NCBI GenBank assembly: GCA_963422375.2
Contig: OY729428.2
Span: forward strand, 1,344,001-1,408,000
Reading direction: 5' to 3'
From: Bryobacterales bacterium
Lineage (GTDB): Bacteria; Acidobacteriota; Terriglobia; Bryobacterales; UBA6623
DNA length: 64,000 nucleotides
In this document: in pieces, positions 1-8,650 of the stretch
How positions within the stretch are numbered: position 1 is the first letter of the stretch
Layout of the letters: each line of letters opens with the position of its first letter
The notes under the pieces: model-generated
Seen by the model: the letters and a program-made list of their open reading frames with translations, nothing else
What the model was told of the DNA's origin: nothing
Databases searched by the model: none
Made by a program: the position numbers and the translations under genes

Positions 1-2
1 CC

Positions 3-353
3 CCGGACCCGCGCGACGCCGCCGACGCCCGGCGGCGCTGGAAGGTCTCGCGCGACGGCGCGGCCGAGGCCGACGAGCGGACGCTCGAGAGCCTGCGGGA
101 CCTGCGTCGGACGCGGGCCGAGCTGCGCTCGCTGGAGGCCCGCCGCGACGAGCTCGAGCGGGCCGCGATGCAGCGCATGGGCGAGGCCTCCGAGCTGGTG
201 CATCCGGCCACCGGGGAGACGCTGGCCACCTGGCGGGCCTCCGCCCGCCGCAGCGTGGACGTGAAGGCCCTGCGCCGCGAGCGGCCCGACGTGGCCGCCG
301 AGTTCGAAGTCGCCGCGCCCGTGCGGCGGTTCCTGCTGAAGGAGACGACATGA
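3..353 (+). CDS. YqaJ-like viral recombinase/exonuclease, C-terminal part (5'-partial)
   Basis: Frame open from window start; C-terminus LATWRASARRSVDVKALRRERPDVAAEF...RRFLLK is typical of YqaJ tails; directly upstream of RecT-like gene. Confidence 0.7.
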   Translation, partial: PDPRDAADARRRWKVSRDGAAEADERTLESLRDLRRTRAELRSLEARRDELERAAMQRMGEASELVHPATGETLATWRASARRSVDVKALRRERPDVAAEFEVAAPVRRFLLKETT

Positions 354-1054
354 GCGAGAGCGCGATCGCGGCCCGGACGGCCGCCCCCGCCGACCCCCTG
401 CGGTCCGGCTTCGAGGAGGCGCAGCGCGTGGCCTCCATGCTCACCCGCAGCTCGCTGGTGCCGGCCGCCTACCGCGCCCCGCCCGAGGCCGAGGCGGGCT
501 CGCCCGCGGCGCGCCAGGCGGTGGCCAACTGCATGGTGGCTCTGGAACTGGCCCGCCGCGCGGGGCTCTCCCCGCTCGCCGTGATGCAGAACGTGGACGT
601 GATCGCCGGGCGCCCGAGCTGGCGCTCGACCTTCCTGATCGCAACCTGCAACGCCTGCGGGCGCTTCGAGCGCCTGCGCTTCCGCATGAGCGGCGAGGGC
701 CCGTCGCGGGCCTGCGTCGCCTGGACGCGCGAGCGGCCCGGCGGGGAGGAGCTCGAGGGCCCCCCGGTCTCGATGGAGATGGCCGCGGCCGAGGGCTGGG
801 TCGGCCGCCCCGGCTCCAAGTGGCGCACCATGCCCGAGCTGATGCTGCGCTACCGCGCCGCGGCCCTGTTCTCGCGGCTGTACGCGCCGGACCTGCTCAT
901 GGGCATGGCGTCCGGCGAGGAGGCGCTCGACGCCGCGCCCGCGCCGGAGCCGGCCGCCGGCGGCGGCGTGTCCGGACTCAAGCACGCCCTGGCCGCGCCC
1001 GCCGCGCCCGCCGCGGACGGCCTGTTCGCCGGGACGAAGGAGGAGACGCCGTGA
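350..1054 (+). CDS. Phage single-strand annealing protein (RecT-like)
   Basis: ANCMVALELARRAGLSPLAVMQN, GRPSW, SKWRTMPELMLRYRAAALFSRLYAPD motifs. Confidence 0.8.
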   Translation: MSESAIAARTAAPADPLRSGFEEAQRVASMLTRSSLVPAAYRAPPEAEAGSPAARQAVANCMVALELARRAGLSPLAVMQNVDVIAGRPSWRSTFLIATCNACGRFERLRFRMSGEGPSRACVAWTRERPGGEELEGPPVSMEMAAAEGWVGRPGSKWRTMPELMLRYRAAALFSRLYAPDLLMGMASGEEALDAAPAPEPAAGGGVSGLKHALAAPAAPAADGLFAGTKEETP

Positions 1055-1488
1055 AATGCAGGTCGAGAGAGCTCGGCAGCCTCGAGCCCGGCCAGGAGGT
1101 GACCCGCATCCGCGTCCGGCGCGGGCGCTTCCTGGGCGTGTCGTCGCCACCCGGGCTGGCCCTGTTCGAGCCGCTCTACCCGTCCGGCCCCGGAGAGCCG
1201 GTCGAGGTCGAGGACCGCGAGCTGTTCGCGACGCACGGCCGGCCGGCCGAGGTCCTCGCGCCCGGCGACCACGCGCTGTGGATCGAGGACCTGCACGTCG
1301 CGTGGGGCTTCTACCGGGGCGCGGCGCCGGGCGGCGCGGCCCTGTTCGAGCCCGACGGGCACGCGCCCTGGCTGCAGGCCCGTGCCGGCGACGCGGTCGA
1401 GGTCGACCCGTCCAGCCTGTTCAAGTGCCCGGACCCGGGCGACTGCCGGATCTGCAGTCCGGACAGTCCGGAGGGGCGGGCGTCATGA
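1051..1488 (+). CDS. Hypothetical phage protein with internal duplication
   Basis: GTG start overlapping the RecT stop; two similar halves (GRFLG..GLALFEP..VEVE / GFYRG..GAALFEP..VEVD); C-terminal CPDPGDCRIC. Confidence 0.55.
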   Translation: MKCRSRELGSLEPGQEVTRIRVRRGRFLGVSSPPGLALFEPLYPSGPGEPVEVEDRELFATHGRPAEVLAPGDHALWIEDLHVAWGFYRGAAPGGAALFEPDGHAPWLQARAGDAVEVDPSSLFKCPDPGDCRICSPDSPEGRAS

Positions 1489-1679
1489 AGCTCGAGCTCT
1501 GCACGCCCGGCCGCAAGGTCCTCTTCCGGCCCGGCGACGGGCCGCCCCGCGAGGTCGAGATCCTGGACGCGCTGCGGCACGAGCGCACCACCGGCCCGCG
1601 GGTGCTGGTGGCCGACGCCGGCCGCAGGCGCTGGTGTTCGGAGAAGCGCATGGAGCCGCTCCCGGGGGGCGACTCGTGA
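1485..1679 (+). CDS. Hypothetical phage protein
   Basis: ATGA overlap with previous gene and GTGA overlap with next; MKLELCTPGRKVLF... Confidence 0.55.
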   Translation: MKLELCTPGRKVLFRPGDGPPREVEILDALRHERTTGPRVLVADAGRRRWCSEKRMEPLPGGDS

Positions 1680-1912
1680 GGGGCCGCGAGCGCCGCGAGG
1701 CCGTGGCCGCGGCCGTGGCCCGCTACCGCGCCGCGGGCGTGCGCTGGAGCGACTGGGCCCGCCGGAACGGCTTCAAGTACCAGGCCGTCCGGGACGTCGT
1801 CCGCGGCCGCAGCGCCTGCTCCCACGGCGAGGCCTTCCGCGTGGCGGTGGCCATGGGCGCGATCCCGGAGCCGCCGCCCGAGCTGCGGCACCTGAGCGGG
1901 GGGCGGCCGTGA
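1676..1912 (+). CDS. Phage DNA-binding protein, BcepMu gp16-like HTH
   Basis: GVRWSDWARRNGFKYQAVRDVVRGRSACSHGEAFRVAVAMG matches the family pattern. Confidence 0.7.
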   Translation: MRGRERREAVAAAVARYRAAGVRWSDWARRNGFKYQAVRDVVRGRSACSHGEAFRVAVAMGAIPEPPPELRHLSGGRP

Positions 1913-2310
1913 GGGGCGCGAAGGGGCTGGCGCGGCAGCGCAAGCGCTACGCCCAACACAAGGCGCTCGGGGTCTGCGTGCGGTGCGCCCGGATGGTGCC
2001 GCGCCTGGGGGACCCCCTCTGCCCCGAGTGCTCGCGGAGCCAGGCGCGGATATCGCGGCGCTCGAAGCGCAAGGCGCGGGCCGCCCGGGCGTCGAGCGGG
2101 CTGTGCGCCCGATGCGGAGCCCGCCCGGCCCGGCCCGGCGTCCTCCTGTGCGGCGAGTGCAAGGACAGGGAGACCGCGGAGAACAAGCGCCGCCGCGAGG
2201 CCCGGGCCGCGCAAGGCCTCTGCATCCAGTGCGGCGCGACCGCCGTCGCCGGCCGCTATCGCATGTGCCTGGCCTGCCGGCTAGCCGCGTCGGAGCGCAA
2301 GAGACGATGA
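1909..2310 (+). CDS. Basic protein with three repeated CxxC...CxxC zinc-finger units
   Basis: GVCVRC..LCPEC; GLCARC..LCGEC; GLCIQC..MCLAC. Confidence 0.7.
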   Translation: MRGAKGLARQRKRYAQHKALGVCVRCARMVPRLGDPLCPECSRSQARISRRSKRKARAARASSGLCARCGARPARPGVLLCGECKDRETAENKRRREARAAQGLCIQCGATAVAGRYRMCLACRLAASERKRR

Positions 2311-2981
2311 CCCTGCGCGCGCGCGGCGAGGGACCGCGGACCGCGGCCTGGACGGTGCGGTACCTGTCGCTCCAGTCCCTGCCCGGGGAAATCCAGGTCC
2401 ACGAGGGCGAGCTGGGCGCCTACTTCGCCGCGAGCGCGGAAGAGGCCCTCGACGCCGCCGAGGCCGACGTCGCGGCGGCCAGCCCGCGCGACCGGCGCTG
2501 GTTCGAGCGCGACGGCTGCGAGTGCGAGTGGTGCTGCACCTGCGGGTGCGCCTGCGGGTGCGCCGCCTGCGAAGCCTGCGACGCGAGCGCGGACTGCGAG
2601 TGCGTCTGCGAGTGCGGCAGGCATCGCGACGCGAGCGGCGAGCCGGTGGAGCTGCCGCGGGTGGACCTGTCCTGCTTCGGCGCCGGCGCCCTCGCCGGCG
2701 AGCGCCCGGGCGTCGCCGCCGGCTCGCGGCACGAGCTGAGGTGCATGCGGGGCGGCGACGGGATGCCGGTCCGGCCCGGCCGGAGCGTGACGCTCCTGCC
2801 GCTCGCGGCCCCGGCGCGCCTGCCGCTGTCGACCCCGCCCGGACCCGGCGAGACGGGCGTGACGGAGGAGCTCGGATCGCCGGGCTCGGGCGCCGCCCTG
2901 GTGCGCTGGGAGCGCTCCGGCGACCTCTGGTGCCCGGTCGCGGATCTCGCGGTCACCCGCAGCCGGAGGGCGCGGGCGTGA
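2307..2981 (+). CDS. Hypothetical phage protein with metallothionein-like Cys cluster
   Basis: ATGA overlap; CECEWCCTCGCACGCAACEACDASADCECVCEC. Confidence 0.6.
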   Translation: MTLRARGEGPRTAAWTVRYLSLQSLPGEIQVHEGELGAYFAASAEEALDAAEADVAAASPRDRRWFERDGCECEWCCTCGCACGCAACEACDASADCECVCECGRHRDASGEPVELPRVDLSCFGAGALAGERPGVAAGSRHELRCMRGGDGMPVRPGRSVTLLPLAAPARLPLSTPPGPGETGVTEELGSPGSGAALVRWERSGDLWCPVADLAVTRSRRARA

Positions 2982-4204
2982 CCGTGCGCGTGGACCGGAT
3001 CCGCGTCGGGCCGCGGCACCGCCGCGAGCTGGGCGACATCGAGGAGCTGGCGCGCTCGATCCGCGCGGTAGGCCTGCTGCAGCCGGTCGGCGTCCGGCGC
3101 TCCGGAGAGGGCTTCGATCTCTGCTTCGGCGCCCGGCGCCTGGAGGCCTGCCGCCGGCTGGGCCGCGAGGAGATCGAGGCCGTGCTGGTGGACAGCGAGC
3201 CGGCGCCCGCCGAGCGGGCCGAGTGGGCCGAGTGGGAAGAGAACGAGATCCGCAAGGACCTCGCCCCGAGCGAGCGCGTCGCCCTCGCGGAGGCCCTGCG
3301 GTCGGAAAATATTCCGATCGCCGCCGTCCCGCGCCCGGACTCGGAAAATATTCCGAAGCCGACCGTCGCCGAGGCCGCGAAGAAGGCGGGCTTCGGCAAC
3401 GAACGCACCTTCCGCGACGCGCGCAAGGTCGGCGCGCGCGGCACCGAGTCGCTGCGCCAGGCGATGGACGCGGGCCGGATCAGCGTGTCCGCGGCCGCCC
3501 GGCTGGCCGATCTCCCGCCCGCGCGGCAGGACGAGCTGGTCGCCGGCGAGCCCCGCGAGCGGCGCGAGGCCGTGCGCTCGCTGCGGGCGGGCCGGGGCGA
3601 CCCGGAAAATATTCCGAGTCCCGGCGATCCGGAAAATATTCCGAGTCCGGGCATCCGCCCGCCGACGGCCTCCGAGCGGATCGGCTGGCTCGTGCGGGCG
3701 CTGGAGGCATTCGAGCGCGAAGCCCGCGACGCCGGCGTGACCGCGGCCCACCTGCGGGCGGCGGACGTCGCGCGGCGCGAGACGCTGCGACGGGCCCTGG
3801 CCTCGGCCTCCGGCCTGCTGGACCGGCTGGCCCGCGAGGCGAGCCCGGGCGCGGGGGCGCCTGCCTGGGAAGCCTACGCCGCGGCCTACCTCGGGCGCTA
3901 CGGCGTCCCGCCGGTGCGCAACGCGAAGGTCAACGCGCAGATGGCCCGGTTCGCGAGCCGCGTGCCGGCCGGGGACGCGCCGGCCGTGGCCGCCTACTAC
4001 CTCGGCCATCCCAACGCCTGGTACGCCCGCGCCGGCCACGCGGTCGGTCAGCTCCTGGCCGACGCCGAGAAGCTGCACATGGAATGGCGGCGGGGGCGCC
4101 CCGTGACGGCCGCGGGGGCGGCCCGCGCCGAGCGCTCCGCGGCCAACGTGGAGAGCTCGCTGGGGGCTCTCGAGCTGCTGCGGGAGAGCGGGCATGTCCG
4201 GTAG
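2978..4204 (+). CDS. ParB N-terminal domain fused to phage replication initiator-like C-terminus
   Basis: RRELGDIEELARSIRAVGLLQPV, GARRLEACRRLG, EENEIRKDLAPSE (ParB); WEAYAAAYLGRYGVPPVRNAKVN...LLADAEKLHMEW (phage replication protein C-terminus). Confidence 0.75.
   Translation: MTVRVDRIRVGPRHRRELGDIEELARSIRAVGLLQPVGVRRSGEGFDLCFGARRLEACRRLGREEIEAVLVDSEPAPAERAEWAEWEENEIRKDLAPSERVALAEALRSENIPIAAVPRPDSENIPKPTVAEAAKKAGFGNERTFRDARKVGARGTESLRQAMDAGRISVSAAARLADLPPARQDELVAGEPRERREAVRSLRAGRGDPENIPSPGDPENIPSPGIRPPTASERIGWLVRALEAFEREARDAGVTAAHLRAADVARRETLRRALASASGLLDRLAREASPGAGAPAWEAYAAAYLGRYGVPPVRNAKVNAQMARFASRVPAGDAPAVAAYYLGHPNAWYARAGHAVGQLLADAEKLHMEWRRGRPVTAAGAARAERSAANVESSLGALELLRESGHVR
3302..3644. 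repeat. Four copies of CGGAAAATATTCCGA (putative iterons)
   Basis: Identical 15-mers at 3303, 3342, 3603 and 3630; near-palindromic and AT-rich in a GC-rich gene. Confidence 0.8.
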
Positions 4205-4727
4205 CGACGCGCGCGCGATGCTCGGGGCGATCACCCTGACGGCCGAGCTGTGCGGGGCGGACCTGAGCGAGCGGGCCCGGGCGGCCATGGTCCGGCGCCT
4301 GGAGCCGTTCGGCCGCGCGGCCGTGCTGGCCGCCCTCGACCGCGTGCAGGCGGAGCATCACGGGAGGCTGACCCTGGCGGCCGTGATCGACCGCATCGAG
4401 GACGGGCGGCCGGGCCCGGAGGAGGCCTGGGCCGTCTGCTGGCGCGACGAGAGCGAGTCGGCCTGGCTGACCGCCGAGCAGATCCGGGCGGCCCGGGCGG
4501 CCGCCCCCCTGGTGCGGGCCGGCGACCCGGTCGGGGCCCGCATGGCCTTCCTCGAGGTCTACCGGCGCGAGACGCGGATCGCCCGCTCGGCCGGCCGCCC
4601 CGCGGCATGGCGTCTCGTCCCGGGCTCCGATCCGGAGCGCCTGCGAGAGGCCGTCCGCCTCGGCGCGGCGCGAGGCCTCGCGAGGGCGCTGCCGCCGGCC
4701 CCGAACGGGGCGGATGTGGCCGCATGA
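4194..4727 (+). CDS. Conserved phage protein downstream of replication initiator (possible helicase loader)
   Basis: GRLTLAAVIDRIEDGRPGPEEAWA...GDPVGARMAFLEVY; occupies the position of a P-type gene. Confidence 0.6.
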   Translation: MSGSDARAMLGAITLTAELCGADLSERARAAMVRRLEPFGRAAVLAALDRVQAEHHGRLTLAAVIDRIEDGRPGPEEAWAVCWRDESESAWLTAEQIRAARAAAPLVRAGDPVGARMAFLEVYRRETRIARSAGRPAAWRLVPGSDPERLREAVRLGAARGLARALPPAPNGADVAA

Positions 4728-5992
4728 GGGCGAATCAGCTACAATCCCTGGCCGAGGTCGGGGACTTGGCGCGGCGCCGGTTGCAGAAGCAGGGGGAGCT
4801 CGTGAAATCCGGCGGCTTTTGGAAGGGCCGCTGGCGCGAGGACGTGCGTCTGGAGGGCGGCGGGATCGCCCGCAAGTGGTCGCCGCGAGTGATGGTCGCC
4901 CCGGCCGAGGGCCGCTTCGGCGTCACCAAGCGCGAGGCCCAGCGCATGTTCTGGGACACCTACCTGTCGCGGCTCGACGACAACAATCTCGTGCCGCGCT
5001 CGATGGAGACGTTCGGGCGCTTCGCGGCGGGGCACTACGACCGAGAGCGCCTCGCGCGCCTGCGGCGGCCCGCATCGCCGCGCCTCTGCCTCGCCCGGCT
5101 CCCGGAATGGTTCGCGCGGCTGCGCCTGCGGGACGTGACCAAGGCGGACGTGCAGCGGGCCTGCGACGAGCTGCTCGCGGCGGGCCTCGCCCCGGGCACC
5201 GCGCGCAACACGCGCGTGGCCGTCCACGCCCTGTTCGAGTTCGCGGCCGAGGAGGGCTTCCACGCCGGTCGCAACCCCGCCCGGGGGGTGCGAATCCCGC
5301 AGGGCGGGACCCGCGAGACGCGGGCCCTCTCCTACCCCGAGGCGCGGGCCCTGCTGGACGGCCTGCAGCATCGCGCCGCCAAGGACATCACGGCGTGCGC
5401 CCTGATGACGGGATGCCGCGTCTCCGAGATCGCCGGCCTCGAGTGGGGCCGCGTCAACCTCGGCAGCGCGTGGAAGTCGGACGGGGGGACGATCGTGCCG
5501 CCGCGCTCGGCGGCCGTCGTCGAGCAGTGGTACCGGGGCGCCGCCGGGCCCCTCAAGACCGCTTCGAGCCAGCGGGTCGTGCCCCTGCCCGGACCGCTGG
5601 CCGCGATCCTCGGCAAGCGCCGCGACGAGGCTCCCGCGGGCTCCGCCTACGTCTTCGAGGGCCCGCGGGGCCGGCCCTGGGAGGTCGGCTCGCTGGCGCG
5701 CTGCTACCTCAAGCCCGCGGCGGCGGCCGCCGGCGTCGGACGGGTCCACTGGCACGCCTTGCGGCACACCCACGCCACGTGGCTCTTCCAGATGGGCATG
5801 TCCGAGCCCGACCGCAAGGCGCAGCTGGGGCATGCCGCGCCCGGAGTGCACGCCGGGTACCTGCACTTGCGCCTCGAGGACCGCAGGGAGCCGCTGGAGA
5901 GGCTGGCCGCCGCGCTGTTCGGGCCGGATCCGGAACCCGAGCCCGAGCCGACCGCCGCGGATCTCGCGGCCCTGGAAGGGTACTTCGCGTGA
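4724..5992 (+). CDS. Tyrosine recombinase / phage integrase
   Basis: TGCRVSEIAGL, LKT, WHALRHTHATWL, LGH, HAGY catalytic motifs; N-terminal arm-binding-like region. Confidence 0.92.
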   Translation: MRANQLQSLAEVGDLARRRLQKQGELVKSGGFWKGRWREDVRLEGGGIARKWSPRVMVAPAEGRFGVTKREAQRMFWDTYLSRLDDNNLVPRSMETFGRFAAGHYDRERLARLRRPASPRLCLARLPEWFARLRLRDVTKADVQRACDELLAAGLAPGTARNTRVAVHALFEFAAEEGFHAGRNPARGVRIPQGGTRETRALSYPEARALLDGLQHRAAKDITACALMTGCRVSEIAGLEWGRVNLGSAWKSDGGTIVPPRSAAVVEQWYRGAAGPLKTASSQRVVPLPGPLAAILGKRRDEAPAGSAYVFEGPRGRPWEVGSLARCYLKPAAAAAGVGRVHWHALRHTHATWLFQMGMSEPDRKAQLGHAAPGVHAGYLHLRLEDRREPLERLAAALFGPDPEPEPEPTAADLAALEGYFA

Positions 5993-6154
5993 CGATTCTG
6001 TCCACGTTCGGTCCACGGAGGGGCGGCGAGGCCGGCGCGGAGTGGGCTCGATACCGCCTCGGATTGCTGGCCGTAATCCGTTGCGGAAACGGTAGTTGCG
6101 CTTGTTGCGCTTGTCCCTGCCCGCCTGCGCGGGCCGGGACCCTCCGGACGCGGC

Positions 6155-7105
6155 ATGCTGTTCCACTGCAACGGCTGGTGTTTTCCGTGGGCCGTTGCCG
6201 CGGTCGGGGCGACGAACGTCTGCTTGCGGAAGGTGGTGCCCTCGGAGGTCTACCGGCTGATCCGCGAGCGCGGCGTCACGCACATGTGCTGCGCTCCGAC
6301 CGTGCTGACCGCGCTGTATTCGAGCCCGGACGCGGACGGGCAGGACCTGAGCGGTCTCACGATCGCGACGGCGGGCGCGCCGCCCGCTCCGCAGGTCATT
6401 CGCAGAATGGAGGGCATGGGCGCCCAGGTGTGCCACGTCTACGGTCTCACCGAGACCTACGGACCGTACGCGGTGTGCGCCGACCAGCCCGGCTGGGACA
6501 GTCTCGATGCCGGGCGGCGGGCCTTGGTCAAGGCCCGTCAGGGCGTGCCGTTCGGCGTCGCGGGAGACGGCCTGCGCGTGGTCGACGAGTGCATGCGCGA
6601 GGTGCCTCGCGACGGGGCGACGATGGGCGAGGTCGTCATGCGCGGCAACATGGTCATGACCGGATACTTCAACGAGCCGCAAGCCACGGTCAACGCGTTC
6701 AGGGGCGGCTGGTTCCACTCCGGCGACCTAGCCGTACGGCACCCCGACGGCTACGTCGAGCTCCGGGACCGCGCCAAGGACATCATCGTTTCCGGCGGGG
6801 AGAACATTTCGAGCCAAGAGGTCGAGAAGGTCGTCATGGAGCATCCTGCCGTGCTCGAGGTGTGCGTCGTCGGAGTCCCGGACGAGAAATGGGGGGAGGT
6901 GCCGAAGGCGTTCGTGGCCCCCCGCGCGGGAGCGGAGGCTTCCGAAGCCGAGATCATCCGCTTCACGCGCGAGCGCCTGTCGCACTTCAAGTGCCCCAAG
7001 CATGTCGAGTTCGGGGATCTGCCCAAGACGGCGACGGGGAAGATCCAGAAGTTCGTCTTGCGCGAGCGCGAATGGAAGGGACGCGAGAAGCGCATTCTCG
7101 GCTGA
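6155..7105 (+). pseudogene. Acyl-CoA synthetase (AMP-binding), 3' half only, interrupted by prophage
   Basis: Begins at (P)MFHCNGW motif; contains YGLTET, WFHSGD, DRAKDIIVSGGENI, LPKTATGKIQK; lacks the N-terminal YTSGTTG region. Confidence 0.85.
6157..6175. other. Putative att core site (prophage/host junction)
   Basis: GCTGTT-CCACTGC-AACGGC: imperfect inverted repeat around a 7-bp spacer, exactly where host gene homology begins. Confidence 0.55.
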
Positions 7106-7129
7106 GGCCGGGGAACGAGCCCGGCGGTC

Positions 7130-8604
7130 TCAGCGCGCCCGTCTGGGGGCCAGCCCGGTCGCGGCCGCGAGCACGAGCAGTGCGCTCGCGGATAGCGCCA
7201 GGACCGGCAGAGCCTGCGCGACCGTGGCGGGCAGCGCCTCCGGCGGCGGGCCCGCGGCCAGGAACGCCCGCCTGACTGTCTCCGCGGCGAGGCCCGCTAG
7301 GACGGCGGCTCTCGCGATGCCCGGAGCTGTCGGACGCCATTCGCGCTCTCCCCGGCGCAGCTGCCCGGTCGCGCGCTTCCCGTGCGCCAGGCAGCCTAGT
7401 AGCAATGCAGCGGCCGCGGCCAGGAAGGCCGCCGCCCACGTGTCCGGGGTTTCCCAAGGCGCGGCCTTCGACGGCGGCGGCAGGGGCGCCCCGTCCGTGC
7501 TGCGCAGAATCGCGCGGGCGATCGGACCGGCCCTCTCGGCTCCCGAGTTCAGCAGGACCGCGACGCCGGCGCGGCGCCGCGGCGCGAGCACCGCGGCGGC
7601 GTTGCCGCCCCAGATCATGCCCGTGTGCTCGAGCACGAGCTCGTCCGCGGTCGAGCTCGTCGCGTCCGCGACCTGCCAGCCGAGATCGTAGCCGGTCTCG
7701 AGCCGCTCCCACCAGGCGCCGTCGGCCGGAAGGCCCGGCGCGCTCGCCCGCCGCGGATCCAGAATTGCCGCGATGTACGAGCCCATGTCCGCCGCGCTCG
7801 CCTTGACGAGCGAGCTGCCGTGCCAGCCGGCGAACCGCGAGGGGCTAACCCTCACGCGGCCCCACTGCCGCTCGTGGCGGTCGGCCGCTCCCCAAGCGCG
7901 CGCCTCGCTGTATTCCGCGGTGGTCCGGCGCATTCCGAGCGGATCGAAGACAGCCTCCCGCATGTACGCGGCGAACCGAGCCCCCCGGACGCCCGCTCGA
8001 CCACGGCGGCCAGCAGCACGTAGTTGCTGTTGGCGTACGAGTAGGTCTCGCCGGGCGGGCTCTCTGGCAGGGCGCCGGCCAGCCGCTCGACCGCCGCGTC
8101 GAGGTCTCCCTCCCCGGGCCTTCCGCAGCAGGGCGCCAGGAAGTCGTGCCGCCGGCGCAGTCCGCTCCGGTGCTGCAGCAGATCACGGAGCGTCACTCCG
8201 TTCCAGCGCTGGGCGCGGAACTCCGGCAGCCAGAAATCCACGCCGGCGCCGCGATCGAGGACCCCGTCGCCCTCCAGGCGCAGCACCGCCAGCGCGGTCA
8301 GCGCCTTGCTCAGGGACGCCAGCTCCACCGGGGTGTCGACAAGCATCGGTTCCCGCGAGGCGACGCTCCGCACGCCGTAGGCCGTTGCGTGGGCCACCCG
8401 GCCGTCCACGGCGATCGCGAGGGCCAGGCCCGGGATTCCGTTGAGCTCCATTTCGGCCCGCGCGAAGCGGTCGATGTCGGCATCGGTCGCGCCTGCGACG
8501 GAACCCGCCCCGCAGAGCGCGAGGCCTAGCAGGATTGCGGGACGCGCCCGCCGGGGTCCGGGACGGCCTTCCGGGGCGCTCGAGGGTTCCTGCCGAGCGG
8601 GCAT
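7130..8604 (-). pseudogene. Serine hydrolase (beta-lactamase class C-like) with C-terminal TM helices; frameshifted
   Basis: ASLSK, LLQHRSG and YSYANSNY in one frame; VFDPLGM and HTG in another; shift at G6 run (C6 on + strand, 7981-7986). Confidence 0.75.
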
Positions 8605-8650
8605 GGGGACTCGCTGCCCGAGACGCGCGGGCGGCAGCCTGCGCCGGGCC

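Larger units (their letters stand above)
1..6169 (+). mobile_element. Prophage (right-hand end; left part outside window)
   Basis: Co-directional operon, mostly with overlapping ATGA/GTGA junctions: YqaJ, RecT, small phage genes, replication genes, tyrosine integrase. Ends at a truncated host gene. Confidence 0.85.

Noticed and set aside
6070..6120. AAC-rich minus-strand stretch (GACAAGCGCAACAAGCGCAACTAC) as a DGR template repeat
   Set aside because: No similarity to the FGE tail; more likely part of the att arm
4714..7275. Long shadow ORFs (e.g. 853 aa at 4714, 800 aa at 42538, 816 aa at 44181)
   Set aside because: Arg/Pro/Gly-rich alternative frames over clear genes, expected in high-GC DNA
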